Assembly: GCA_047616665.1 (NCBI GenBank)
Contig: JBLHGY010000002.1
Span: forward strand, 9,319 to 73,318
Length of the DNA stretch: 64,000 bases
Origin: Polaribacter sp.
GTDB taxonomy: Bacteria; Bacteroidota; Bacteroidia; Flavobacteriales; Flavobacteriaceae
Reading direction: 5' to 3'
Part shown: one piece after another, positions 48,255-58,500 of the stretch
Layout of the letters: each line of letters starts with the position of its first letter
Numbering within the stretch: the first letter of the stretch is position 1
Made by a program: the position numbers and the translations under genes
The notes under the pieces: model-generated
What the model was told of the DNA's origin: nothing
The model's input: the letters and a program-made list of their open reading frames with translations, nothing else
The model's database searches: none

Positions 48255-49688
48255 ATGATGCTAAATTTAATTGGATTACAAAGTAACTCGTTTGCGGGTT
48301 TAATAGGAATAGGAATTGCTATTCTGTTTATTTTTATATTGCTACTTGCAATGATAAAACGCTACAAAAGATGTCCGTCAGACAGAATTTTAGTGGTGTA
48401 TGGTAAAGTTAGTGGTGGCGAATCTGCCAAATGTATTCATGGTGGTGCCGCATTTATTTTTCCGGTAATTCAAGACTACCAATTTTTAGATCTAACGCCA
48501 ATTTCAATAGAAGTTAATTTGGTAAACGCACTTTCTAAACAAAATATTCGTGTAAATGTGCCAAGTAGATTTACAATTGGGGTTTCTACAGAGCCAGGAA
48601 TAATGCAAAATGCAGCAGAAAGATTGTTGGGTTTAGGACAAAGTCAAATTCAAGAATTAGCACAAGAAATTATCTTTGGGCAATTGCGTTTGGTAGTTGC
48701 ATCTATGGATATTGAAGAAATAAACTCTGATAGAGATAAGTTTTTAACCAATATTTCTAAAAGTGTAGAATCTGAATTAAAGAAGGTTGGTTTAAAACTA
48801 ATTAACGTAAATATTACAGATATAGTAGATGAGTCTGGCTATATAGAAGCTTTGGGTAAAGAAGCAGCAGCACATGCAATTAACGCAGCAAGAAAATCTG
48901 TAGCAGAAAAAACTAGAGATGGTTCTATTGGAGAGGCAAATGCAGTGCAAGATGAAAGAACACAAGTTGCAGCAGCAAATGCAAAAGCGGTAGAAGGAGA
49001 AAATGTTGCGAAGATTAATGTAGCAAATTCAGACTCTCTAAGAAGACAAAGAGAAGCGGAAGCGGAACGTACAGCAATTGCATCAGAAAAAGTACAAACA
49101 GCAAATGCGTTAAAAGAATCTTATGCTGCAGAGCAAGAAGCAGAAGTAGCAAGAGCAGAAAGAGAACGTTCTTCTCAATTAGCAGATATTATTGTGCCTG
49201 CAGAAATTGATAAGAGAAAAGTAGAAATTGATGCAGAAGCTACTGCAGAAAATATTAGAAGAATAGCAAAAGGTGAAGCCGATGCGATCTTATTTAAAGC
49301 ACAAGCAGAGGCGCAAGGATTGTATGAAGTTTTAACAAAACAAGCAGCTGGTTTAGACCAAATTGTAAAAGCAGCGGGCAACAATTCTCAAAACGCAGCA
49401 TTGTTATTAATTGCAGATAAATTGCCAGAATTGGTAAAAATACAAGCAGAAGCTATTAAAAACATTAAGATAGATAAAGTTACTGTTTGGGAAAATGGTG
49501 GTGGAAAAGAAGGGAAAACATCGACTTCTAATTTTATTTCTGGAATGTACAAAGCAGTGCCGCCATTGCAAGAAATGTTTAATATGGCTGGTATGGATTT
49601 GCCAAGTTATTTAAAAGGAAAAGATCTCTCTGCAGAGCAAACCACAGCGGTTATTGAAGCGGAAGATGATGTAGTTTCTGAAAAATAA
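48255..49688 (+). CDS. Flotillin/SPFH family protein
   Basis: RYKRCPSD.ILVVYG, SPFH domain, AEA-rich coiled coil, IDKVTVW. Confidence 0.9.
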   Translation: MMLNLIGLQSNSFAGLIGIGIAILFIFILLLAMIKRYKRCPSDRILVVYGKVSGGESAKCIHGGAAFIFPVIQDYQFLDLTPISIEVNLVNALSKQNIRVNVPSRFTIGVSTEPGIMQNAAERLLGLGQSQIQELAQEIIFGQLRLVVASMDIEEINSDRDKFLTNISKSVESELKKVGLKLINVNITDIVDESGYIEALGKEAAAHAINAARKSVAEKTRDGSIGEANAVQDERTQVAAANAKAVEGENVAKINVANSDSLRRQREAEAERTAIASEKVQTANALKESYAAEQEAEVARAERERSSQLADIIVPAEIDKRKVEIDAEATAENIRRIAKGEADAILFKAQAEAQGLYEVLTKQAAGLDQIVKAAGNNSQNAALLLIADKLPELVKIQAEAIKNIKIDKVTVWENGGGKEGKTSTSNFISGMYKAVPPLQEMFNMAGMDLPSYLKGKDLSAEQTTAVIEAEDDVVSEK

Positions 49689-49714
49689 GATAGTAGTAAG
49701 GTAGTATTTTTTAT

Positions 49715-49749
49715 AAAAGCCATCATTCATTTATTTGAATGATGGCTTT
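49715..49749 (+). terminator. Terminator
   Basis: AAAGCCATCATTCA...TGAATGATGGCTTT. Confidence 0.7.
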
Positions 49750-49929
49750 CTCTTGAATAGCGTATTTTTTTTACATGAAAACAGGTATTCAATGCAAGTC
49801 TTCTTTTAAATATAGAATAAAAAGAAGCGGTTTACTAAAACAGATACCAGGAACTAAAGCTTTTATATGCAAAGTATATGATATAAAATAAGGCGTATTT
49901 GTTCTGTTTAATATCTCTTTTATAATTTT

Positions 49930-49974
49930 AACTTAAAAAGCCTCACAAATTAAATTTGTGAGGCTTTTTAAGTT
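49930..49974. terminator. Terminator/palindromic repeat, copy 2
   Basis: AACTTAAAAAGCCTCACAAAT-TAA-ATTTGTGAGGCTTTTTAAGTT; core identical to 47395-47429. Confidence 0.8.
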
Positions 49975-49992
49975 TTAAGAAAGCTGTTTTTT

Positions 49993-51348
49993 CTAAAAAT
50001 AATCTTTTAAGTGTCTGTATACATCATTCCCATTTGCAAAAAGTAACAAGGCAATTAGTAAAATAAAGCCAACAACTTGTGCATATTCTAAGAACTTATC
50101 TCCAGGTTTTCTTCCGGTAATCATTTCCCAAAGGGTAAAAACTACATGTCCACCATCTAGAGCAGGTATTGGCAATAAGTTCATAAAACCTAACATGATA
50201 GACAAGAAGGCCGTTATCTCCCAAAAAGCTTGTGCGCTCCATTCACTAGGAAAAATACTTCCAATAGAAATAAAACCACCCAAACCTTTGTAAGCACCCG
50301 TGTTTGGATTAAAGATTTTCTTTAACTGCTTCATGTAATCCGTTAAGGTTTTTATAGACTTGTTCCAACCTGCAGGGATTGCTTCTAAGAAAGAATATTT
50401 AAAATCTGCTAAATCATAGTATCCTAATTTTTCTAAATCTGCGCCAGAAATTGTAGCAAAGCCAACGCCTATTTTTCCTTCATTTGTAACTTTAACAGGA
50501 ATATCTTTCGTTTCATTTCCTCTTTTTATCGTTACAGAAATAGCAGTATTTTTATATTTATTTAAGGCAATCTGTGCTTGGTCAAAATATTTAATAGTTT
50601 CACCATTAATAGCAACTATAATGTCTTTCGCCTTTATATCTGCATTTATATTGGGAGAATCTTTAGAAATGCCAGTAACCGTAAACGGATATCTAATATT
50701 TAAAAAACTTCCTGCCCCTTTTTCTCTGTCCATTAACTGAGAAATAAAATCTTCAGGAATTTCTTTATCTAAGACTTCTCCGTTTCTTTCAATTTGATAA
50801 GTGTTTCCGTTGATAAACTCTAGGGGTAAACTGCGAAATTTTTTCACTTTTTGTCCGTCTACAGTTAAAATCTTATCACCTGTTTTTAAACCTAAATTTT
50901 TAGCTAATACATTGTCTGCCCAAACCCCGTCTTTTACATTTTCATTTGGTAAATACCGCTCACCATAAGACCACATTAGCATAATGTAGATAAAAATTCC
51001 TAAAACAAAATTCACAAAAACACCACCTAGCATAACAATTAGGCGCTGCCAAGCTGGTTTAGATCTAAATTCCCAAGGTTGTATTGGTTGTGCTAGCTGC
51101 TCGGTGTCCATACTTTCGTCTATCATCCCAGAGATTTTTACATACCCTCCTAAAGGAATCCAACCAATACCGTAGACAGTATCACCAACTTTTTTCTTTA
51201 AAATTGAGAATTTATAATCAAAAAATAAGTAGAATTTTTCTACCTTAATTTTAAATAATTTTGCGGGTATAAAATGCCCTAATTCGTGCAAAACAATTAG
51301 TAAGGATAAACTTAGTATAAATTGAGATGCTTTTATTAATATTTCCAT
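49993..51348 (-). CDS. rseP: RIP metalloprotease RseP
   Basis: HELGH, PLGGYVKI, two PDZ-like regions, NLLPIPALDGG. Confidence 0.95.
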   Translation of the reverse strand: MEILIKASQFILSLSLLIVLHELGHFIPAKLFKIKVEKFYLFFDYKFSILKKKVGDTVYGIGWIPLGGYVKISGMIDESMDTEQLAQPIQPWEFRSKPAWQRLIVMLGGVFVNFVLGIFIYIMLMWSYGERYLPNENVKDGVWADNVLAKNLGLKTGDKILTVDGQKVKKFRSLPLEFINGNTYQIERNGEVLDKEIPEDFISQLMDREKGAGSFLNIRYPFTVTGISKDSPNINADIKAKDIIVAINGETIKYFDQAQIALNKYKNTAISVTIKRGNETKDIPVKVTNEGKIGVGFATISGADLEKLGYYDLADFKYSFLEAIPAGWNKSIKTLTDYMKQLKKIFNPNTGAYKGLGGFISIGSIFPSEWSAQAFWEITAFLSIMLGFMNLLPIPALDGGHVVFTLWEMITGRKPGDKFLEYAQVVGFILLIALLLFANGNDVYRHLKDYF

Positions 51349-51518
51349 TCAGCGTTAAATCAGATTAAAAAAGATACAAATGTAAGGTTTTCAGTAGAGG
51401 TGTAAAAGAACTATTAAAGGTTGCTTTTTTAATTTAACAAATATTTTAGATAGCATTTGTTTTTGTTTGCTGTTCTAGGGTGTTTTTAAGTCGTATTTTT
51501 GTAAAATAAAATAAAACC

Positions 51519-52199
51519 ATGGAGCTTAAATTTTTTAAAAAATCGATTCCAACATTTATTTTTTTAGCCCTTTTTTCGGTTGTTGTTATTCCTGTTTTTT
51601 ATCAATTATTAAAAGTAGATGAAAAGTTAAAAATTTACAATCCTGCAGATGTAAATCCGCGTTTGGTAGATTTTTCTATGAAACACATTACCAAAGATCA
51701 TACGATTGCAGATTTTGAATTGACCAATCAGAATGGTCAGAAAATTACGAATAAAAACTATCAAGATAAAATTTACGTTGCAGATTTCTTTTTCACGCGT
51801 TGCCAAACTATTTGTATAAACATGGCATATAATATGGGTGAATTGCAAGACTTTTATAAAAAAGATGCCGATATTCTATTTCTTTCTCATTCTGTAACAC
51901 CCGAAATAGATAGTGTTACTGTTTTAAAAGAATATGCAGATAAAAAAGGGGTTATAGATGGTAAGTGGAATATAACTACAGGAGCTAAAACTCATATTTA
52001 TGAGCTGGCTAGGAAAAGTTATTTTGCTGTTTTAGACGAAGGTAATGGAGACGAAAACGATTTTATACATACAGAGCAATTTGTATTAGTAGACAAAGAA
52101 AAACGCATTAGAGGCTATTATGATGGCACAGAAAAAGAAGATATGGAAAAGTTAAAGAAAGATATTGTTTTGTTAAAGGAAGAATATGCCTCTCAATAA
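51519..52199 (+). CDS. SCO1/SenC family protein
   Basis: FFFTRCQTIC, FIHTE.FVLVD..RIRGYYDG. Confidence 0.9.
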   Translation: MELKFFKKSIPTFIFLALFSVVVIPVFYQLLKVDEKLKIYNPADVNPRLVDFSMKHITKDHTIADFELTNQNGQKITNKNYQDKIYVADFFFTRCQTICINMAYNMGELQDFYKKDADILFLSHSVTPEIDSVTVLKEYADKKGVIDGKWNITTGAKTHIYELARKSYFAVLDEGNGDENDFIHTEQFVLVDKEKRIRGYYDGTEKEDMEKLKKDIVLLKEEYASQ

Positions 52200-52203
52200 C
52201 TTG

Positions 52204-52232
52204 TTTAGAATCATTCTAAATGGCTATATTTG
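52204..52232 (+). promoter_or_regulatory. Fur-box-like palindrome and -7 promoter of feoAB
   Basis: TTTAGAAT-C-ATTCTAAA (52204-52220) next to TATATTTG (52225-52232). Confidence 0.7.
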
Positions 52233-52250
52233 CTGTCCAAATAAAAAACG

Positions 52251-52478
52251 TTGAATACAATAGCATCTTTACATATTGGAGAAATGGGGTATATTTCTGA
52301 AGAATCTTTAGATTCTATTCCATTAAAATTATTAGAAATGGGTTGCTTGCCAGGCGCTGAGGTGCAGTTGGTACAAATAGCACCCTTAAAAGATCCGCTA
52401 TATATCTGCGTAAACGGAAGTCATTTGGCAATTAGAAAAGAAACAGCTTCAAAAATAAGAATTCTAAAAAGCGAATAA
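52251..52478 (+). CDS. feoA: Ferrous iron transport protein A
   Basis: KLLEMGCLPG, APLKDP, LAIRKE.A; TTG start. Confidence 0.9.
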   Translation: MNTIASLHIGEMGYISEESLDSIPLKLLEMGCLPGAEVQLVQIAPLKDPLYICVNGSHLAIRKETASKIRILKSE

Positions 52479-52481
52479 TTC

Positions 52482-54590
52482 ATGTCTAAGAAAGATATAA
52501 AAGTTGCTTTAATAGGAAATCCGAATACAGGGAAAACTTCACTTTTTAATCAACTTACGGGTTTAACACAGAAAGTAGGAAATTACCCAGGCGTAACGGT
52601 AGATAAAAAACAAGGGTCTTGTAAATTGTCTGCAACACAAAATGCAATCATTACAGATTTACCGGGAACGTATAGCATCAATCCAACTTCTGTAGACGAA
52701 AGTATTGTTTTAAAAACCTTACTTAAAAAAGACATAAAAGAATCTCCGGATGTAATTTTAGTAGTTGCAGATGTAGAAAACTTAAAGCGAAATTTATTAT
52801 TATTTTCTCAAATTAAAGACTTAGAAATTCCTACGGTTTTGGCCATAAATATGGTAGACCAAATGACTAGGAAAGGAATTTCTATAGACTTAACAGCATT
52901 AAAAGAAGAACTAAATACAGAAGTTGTTTTAATAAGTGCTAGAAAAAATCAAGGAATTGAAGCCGTAAAAGCGGCTATTATTAAGTGTCATGTTGCTGCA
53001 AAAGCAACACCAATGTGCGATAATAAGAAGATAGACCCTGCGTATTTTGAGGAGTTAAAAGCAATTAACCCAAATTACACATTGTATGAGTTGTGGTTAA
53101 TGGTTACACAAAAGAATTTCCCAGAAGAAATCACGAAACAAGAAAAAGAAAAACTACTGTCTTTTAATAAAGATGTTTCTAAATTAAAGAAATACCAGCA
53201 CAAAGAAACTATTTATCGCTACCAAGAGATTAATAAAATTTTAAAAAACACCTATCTAGTAGACAAGAGCAAAGCGAAAGATTTAAGGGCGAAGTTAGAT
53301 AAGGTTTTTACACACAGAATCTTTGGATATTTTATTTTCTTGTTGGTTTTACTGTTAATTTTTCAATCTATTTTCGATTGGTCTTCTTTACCAATGGATT
53401 TAATTGATACTACTTTTGCAGAACTATCAGATTTTGCAAGAAGTAATTTACCAACAGGTGTTTTATCAGATTTAATTGTCGAAGGAATTATTCCGGGCAT
53501 TGGTGGTGTTCTTATTTTTATACCACAAATTGCTATTTTATTTTTGTTTATAGCTGTTTTAGAAGAAACGGGTTATATGAGTCGTGTTGTTTTTCTAATG
53601 GATAAAATTATGCGCCGTTTTGGGATGAATGGAAAATCTGTAATTCCATTAATTTCTGGAACTGCCTGTGCAATTCCTGCAATTATGGCAACAAGAACCA
53701 TTTCTAGTTGGAAAGAACGTTTAATTACTATTTTGGTAGTTCCTTTTACAACGTGTTCTGCAAGACTGCCTGTTTATGCAATTTTAATTTCGTTGATTAT
53801 ACCAGACACAAAAATATTTGGATTTTATAATCTGCAAGCTTTTACATTACTAATGTTGTATGCTTTGGGTTTCGGAACTGCAATTTTAGCAGCTTATATT
53901 TTACAGAAAACCTTAAAAATTAAAAGCAATTCTTTCTTTGTGGTAGAGATGCCTAACTACAAATTACCCTCTGTAAAAAATGTATTGTTTGATGTTTTAG
54001 AAAAAACAAAAGCTTTTGTTTTAGGTGCAGGGAAAATTATTTTAGCCTTGTCTGTAGTTTTGTGGTTTTTAGCTTCTAACGGACCAGAATCTTACCAAAA
54101 TGCTGAACAAAATACCATAGAAAAAGCAGCAAATAAAAACTTAGAAACCGATGAATTGCAACAAAAAATTGCAGCGGTAAAATTAGAAAATTCTTATATT
54201 GGTATTATGGGTAAGTCTATAGAGCCAGCGATAAGACCTTTGGGGTACGATTGGAAAATTGGAATTGCCTTAATTACATCTTTTGCGGCTAGAGAGGTCT
54301 TTGTAGGAACTTTAGCTACTATTTATAGTGTAGGTTCAGATGATGAAAACACAGCTACTATTAAAGAGAAAATGCGCTCAGAAATTAATCCGGCAACGGG
54401 TAAAAAAATATTTAATTTTCCAGCGGGCATGTCTTTATTAGTTTTTTACGCGTTTGCAATGCAGTGTATGGCAACTTTAGCTATTGTAAAGCGCGAAACT
54501 AAAACATGGAAATGGCCTTTAATTCAACTTTTTGGGATGACAGGTTTGGCCTATGTATGTTCATTAATTGTTTTTCAAATTCTTAAATAA
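52482..54590 (+). CDS. feoB: Ferrous iron transport protein B
   Basis: GNPNTGKT, VGNYPGVTV, DLPG, NMVD, CSARLP, AAREVFV. Confidence 0.96.
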   Translation: MSKKDIKVALIGNPNTGKTSLFNQLTGLTQKVGNYPGVTVDKKQGSCKLSATQNAIITDLPGTYSINPTSVDESIVLKTLLKKDIKESPDVILVVADVENLKRNLLLFSQIKDLEIPTVLAINMVDQMTRKGISIDLTALKEELNTEVVLISARKNQGIEAVKAAIIKCHVAAKATPMCDNKKIDPAYFEELKAINPNYTLYELWLMVTQKNFPEEITKQEKEKLLSFNKDVSKLKKYQHKETIYRYQEINKILKNTYLVDKSKAKDLRAKLDKVFTHRIFGYFIFLLVLLLIFQSIFDWSSLPMDLIDTTFAELSDFARSNLPTGVLSDLIVEGIIPGIGGVLIFIPQIAILFLFIAVLEETGYMSRVVFLMDKIMRRFGMNGKSVIPLISGTACAIPAIMATRTISSWKERLITILVVPFTTCSARLPVYAILISLIIPDTKIFGFYNLQAFTLLMLYALGFGTAILAAYILQKTLKIKSNSFFVVEMPNYKLPSVKNVLFDVLEKTKAFVLGAGKIILALSVVLWFLASNGPESYQNAEQNTIEKAANKNLETDELQQKIAAVKLENSYIGIMGKSIEPAIRPLGYDWKIGIALITSFAAREVFVGTLATIYSVGSDDENTATIKEKMRSEINPATGKKIFNFPAGMSLLVFYAFAMQCMATLAIVKRETKTWKWPLIQLFGMTGLAYVCSLIVFQILK

Positions 54591-54706
54591 TGCAAGAAAT
54601 AGCCGTGTATGTATTGTTAATTTTAGCGTTGTTTTTCTTAGTAAAGAAATACGTATTTCCATCTAAGAAAAAAGGAAATTGCAATACAGGTTGCGATTGC
54701 CATTAA
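54590..54706 (+). CDS. FeoB-associated Cys-rich membrane peptide (38 aa)
   Basis: ATG overlaps feoB stop (TAATG): MQEIAVYVLLILALFFLVKKYVFPSKKKGNCNTGCDCH. Confidence 0.8.
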   Translation: MQEIAVYVLLILALFFLVKKYVFPSKKKGNCNTGCDCH

Positions 54707-54793
54707 AAGTTAACAAAAAATTAATAGTAACCAATGTAAGGTTTTCTATTTTTTTTGACAAATTTGAAAATCAATAATAATTAATTTATAAAA

Positions 54794-55345
54794 ATGAAAA
54801 AATCAATATTAGCAATTACAATTTTTGCAATCACTTTAATTAGTGCATCAGAAATTGCTGCACAAAAATTCCCTAAATTAGATTTAAGCCCCTTAGATGC
54901 AGCATCATACCCAAGCAGCTATAAGATTTCAGATAAGATTGTAAAGGTTGTTTATGGGAGACCACAATTAAAAGGAAGAGATTTAGCAAAACTAGCACCA
55001 GCGGACAAAGTTTGGAGAACAGGAGCAAACGAAGCAGCAGAAATTACATTTTATAAAGATGTTGTTTTTGGTGGAAAAGAAGTAAAAGCAGGAACCTATT
55101 CTTTATTTACAATACCAGCTTCAGAAGCAGATTGGACTGTAATTTTGAGTACAGCAAGAAATGTTTGGGGTTCTTATTTTTACAAACAAGACGAAGATGT
55201 AGTGCGCGTTTCAGGAAAAATTTCTACATCAGAAAAAAGTATAGAAGCTTTTTCTATGCTGTTTGATAAAAACATGACCTTAAAAATGGGCTGGGAAAAT
55301 ACGGTAGTTTCTGTGTCGATAACAGTAGCAGTGTCAGAAGATTAA
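54794..55345 (+). CDS. DUF2911 secreted protein
   Basis: Signal peptide, YGRP..KGR, VWRTGANEA, AGTYSLFTIP, WEN. Confidence 0.88.
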   Translation: MKKSILAITIFAITLISASEIAAQKFPKLDLSPLDAASYPSSYKISDKIVKVVYGRPQLKGRDLAKLAPADKVWRTGANEAAEITFYKDVVFGGKEVKAGTYSLFTIPASEADWTVILSTARNVWGSYFYKQDEDVVRVSGKISTSEKSIEAFSMLFDKNMTLKMGWENTVVSVSITVAVSED

Positions 55346-55410
55346 TTTTTAGAGACATTTTAAAAAACCGCTAGTTATTTAGAGTGGTTATAATCGCAAT
55401 TATTACAATT

Positions 55411-55450
55411 TTAAAAGAGGCTTCCAATACAAATTGGAAGCCTCTTTTAA
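55411..55450. terminator. Terminator
   Basis: TTAAAAGAGGCTTCCAAT-ACAA-ATTGGAAGCCTCTTTTAA. Confidence 0.75.
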
Positions 55451-55519
55451 TTTAAAGTAAAGTAGCTTTTCACTTAGAAAGATTAAACGTAAATTTGTCG
55501 CTTAATTAAGGAAATAGAA

Positions 55520-58500
55520 ATGCAATACAATCATCAAGAAATAGAAGAAAATTGGCAAAAATTTTGGGCGGAAAATCAAACTTTTAAAGCCTCAAATACT
55601 TCTGAAAAGCCAAAATATTATGTGTTAGATATGTTCCCGTATCCAAGTGGTGCAGGTTTGCATGTTGGGCATCCTTTAGGGTATATTGCAAGTGATATTT
55701 ATGCACGTTACAAGCGTCACAAAGGCTTTAATGTGTTGCATCCGCAAGGGTATGATTCTTTTGGTTTGCCAGCAGAGCAATACGCAATTCAGACAGGGCA
55801 ACACCCAGCAAAAACCACAGAAGCAAACATTGCAACCTATAGAAAACAATTAGATAAAATTGGTTTTTCTTTTGATTGGAGTACAGAAGTAAGAACTTCT
55901 AACCCTGAATATTATAAATGGACACAGTGGATTTTTATTCAACTATTTAATTCTTGGTATCATAAAGACACAGACAAAGCAGAAGACATTGCTACTTTAA
56001 TTTCAATCTTCAAGAAATCTGGAAATGCGAAAGTAAATGCTGTATCAGATGAAGATATAGCCTCTTTTTCTGCGGAAGAATGGAACGCTTTTTCTACCAA
56101 AGAACAAGAAGCAATTTTATTACAATACCGTTTAACTTTTTTATCGGATACAGAAGTAAATTGGTGTCCGGGTTTAGGAACCGTTTTAGCAAACGATGAA
56201 ATTGTAAACGGAGTATCAGAAAGAGGAAGTCATCCTGTTGTGCGTAAAAAGATGACCCAATGGTCTATGCGAATTTCTGCATATGCACAGCGTTTATTAG
56301 ACGGTTTAGAAACCATAGATTGGCCACAGCCTTTAAAAGATTCTCAAACAAACTGGATTGGGCGTTCTCAAGGAGCCATGGTTTCTTTTGATGTCCTATC
56401 CCCAACCCTTTCCGAAGGAAAGGGAGTGCAATCAGACTCTAAAAAAACACTTGGTTATATGACAGGTGGAAATAACTCCTATTTATTGCTTGAAAAAGCA
56501 AAAGAAATGAGAGCCAATCCAACTCCAGCAGAAGCGATCTTATGGAAACAATTAAAAGGAAAAAAAACAAAATTAAAGTTTAGACAGCAACATTTAATAA
56601 ACAATTTTATTGTAGATTTTGTTTGTTTAACTCGTAAGTTAATCATAGAAGTGGATGGTAAAATTCACGATTATCAATTAGAAAAAGATGCTGAAAGGAC
56701 TTTAGAATTAGAACAAGAATCTGGTTTTAAAGTTATCCGTTTTAAAAACGAAGAAGTAATTGAAAATATAGATAAAGTTTTATTTGAAATTGATAAAGAA
56801 TTAACAAATCAATTTTATAAAATACAAAAACAAGAGAAAGAAATTCAAGAGAAAGATAAGAACGTACAGGCTTCCCTTTCCTTTGGAAAGGGATTGAGGG
56901 ATAGGATTCAGGTTTTTACCACAAGACCAGATACTATTTTTGGGGTTTCTTTTATGACGCTTGCCCCAGAGCATGAGTTGGTTTCTAAAATTACAACAGC
57001 TGCTCAAAAAAGTGCAGTTGAAAAGTATATTACTGCCACTGCAAAACGTTCTGAGCGCGATCGAATGGCAGATGTTAAAACCATTTCTGGTGTATTTACG
57101 GGAGCGTATGCAATACATCCTTTTTCTGGTGAAAAGGTTCAAATCTGGATTGGAGATTACGTACTAGCAAACTACGGAACAGGAGCTGTAATGGCGGTAC
57201 CTTGTGGAGATCAAAGAGATTACGATTTTGCTAAAAAGTTCGAAATTCCGATTCCTAATATTTTTGAAGGGGTAGATATTTCTGAAGAAGCGCACACCGG
57301 TAAAGACGCAACAAGAATTGCAAATTCCGATTTTTTATCAGGACTAAAATACAAGAAAGCATTAAAATTAGCCATTTTTGAAATGGAGAAACGTGGCTTT
57401 GGGTACGGCAAAATAAATTACCGTTTGCGAGATGCTGTTTTTAGCAGACAACGGTATTGGGGAGAACCATTTCCGGTGTATTATAAAGACGGAATGCCTC
57501 AAATGATTGACGCAAAACACCTGCCAATTGTATTGCCAGAGGTAGAAAAGTACCTACCCACAGAAGATGGGAAACCACCTTTAGGAAATGCAATAGCTTG
57601 GGCTTGGGATGCTCGTGGCAAGAAAGTAGTCTCTAATGAGAAGTTAAAAAACAAGACGGTGTATCCTTTAGAACTGAATACAATGCCTGGTTGGGCAGGA
57701 AGTTCTTGGTATTTTAATAGATATATGGATGCTACAAATACAGCAGAATTTGCAAGCAAAGAAGCCTTAGATTATTGGAAAGAAGTAGATTTATATATTG
57801 GAGGTTCTGAGCACGCAACAGGGCATTTATTGTATGCGCGTTTTTGGCAAAAATTCTTGTTCGATAAAGGAATTGTGCCTGTAGATGAGTTTGCAAAAAA
57901 ACTGATCAATCAAGGGATGATTTTAGGAACTTCTGCTTTTGTTTACAAAGCAACTGCTTTTGTGAAAGAAGGTTGTGGTTGTGCTGATGAAAAATCGAAT
58001 GCTGATATTCTAAATAAAATACCTGCAGTACTTGTTTCTAAGAATTTATTTAGTTCTGATGACGAATTTGAAACAGTCGTTAAAAACTATCTAATGGATA
58101 ATGGTTTTTTGAATCCTTTAAATGCAGACATGGTACTGATTGTGAAGACTGCTATGCATGCAGATGTTTCTTTGGTAAATGCTTCTGATGAGTTGGATGT
58201 TGAAGCTTTTAAAAATCATGCTTTAAATGCAGCTTATAAAAACGCTGAATTTATTTTAGAAGATGGGGTTTACAAAGTAAAGCGCGAAGTAGAAAAAATG
58301 TCGAAGTCGAAATACAATGTTGTAAATCCGGATGCTATTGTTGCCCAATACGGTGCAGATGCACTGCGTTTGTTCGAAATGTTTTTAGGTCCTTTAGAAC
58401 AAGCAAAACCTTGGAAAACTTCTGGTATTTCTGGAGTTTCATCCTTTTTAAAGAAATTATGGAAACTGTATTTTAACGAAGAAATTTTTGAAGTTTCAAA

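Noticed and set aside
56394-56906. Intein or group I/II intron explanation for the leuS insert
   Set aside because: No N-terminal Cys/Ser block A or C-terminal His-Asn followed by Cys/Ser/Thr; no LAGLIDADG motif; no group II domain V or GUGYG start; too little non-coding sequence for a ribozyme.
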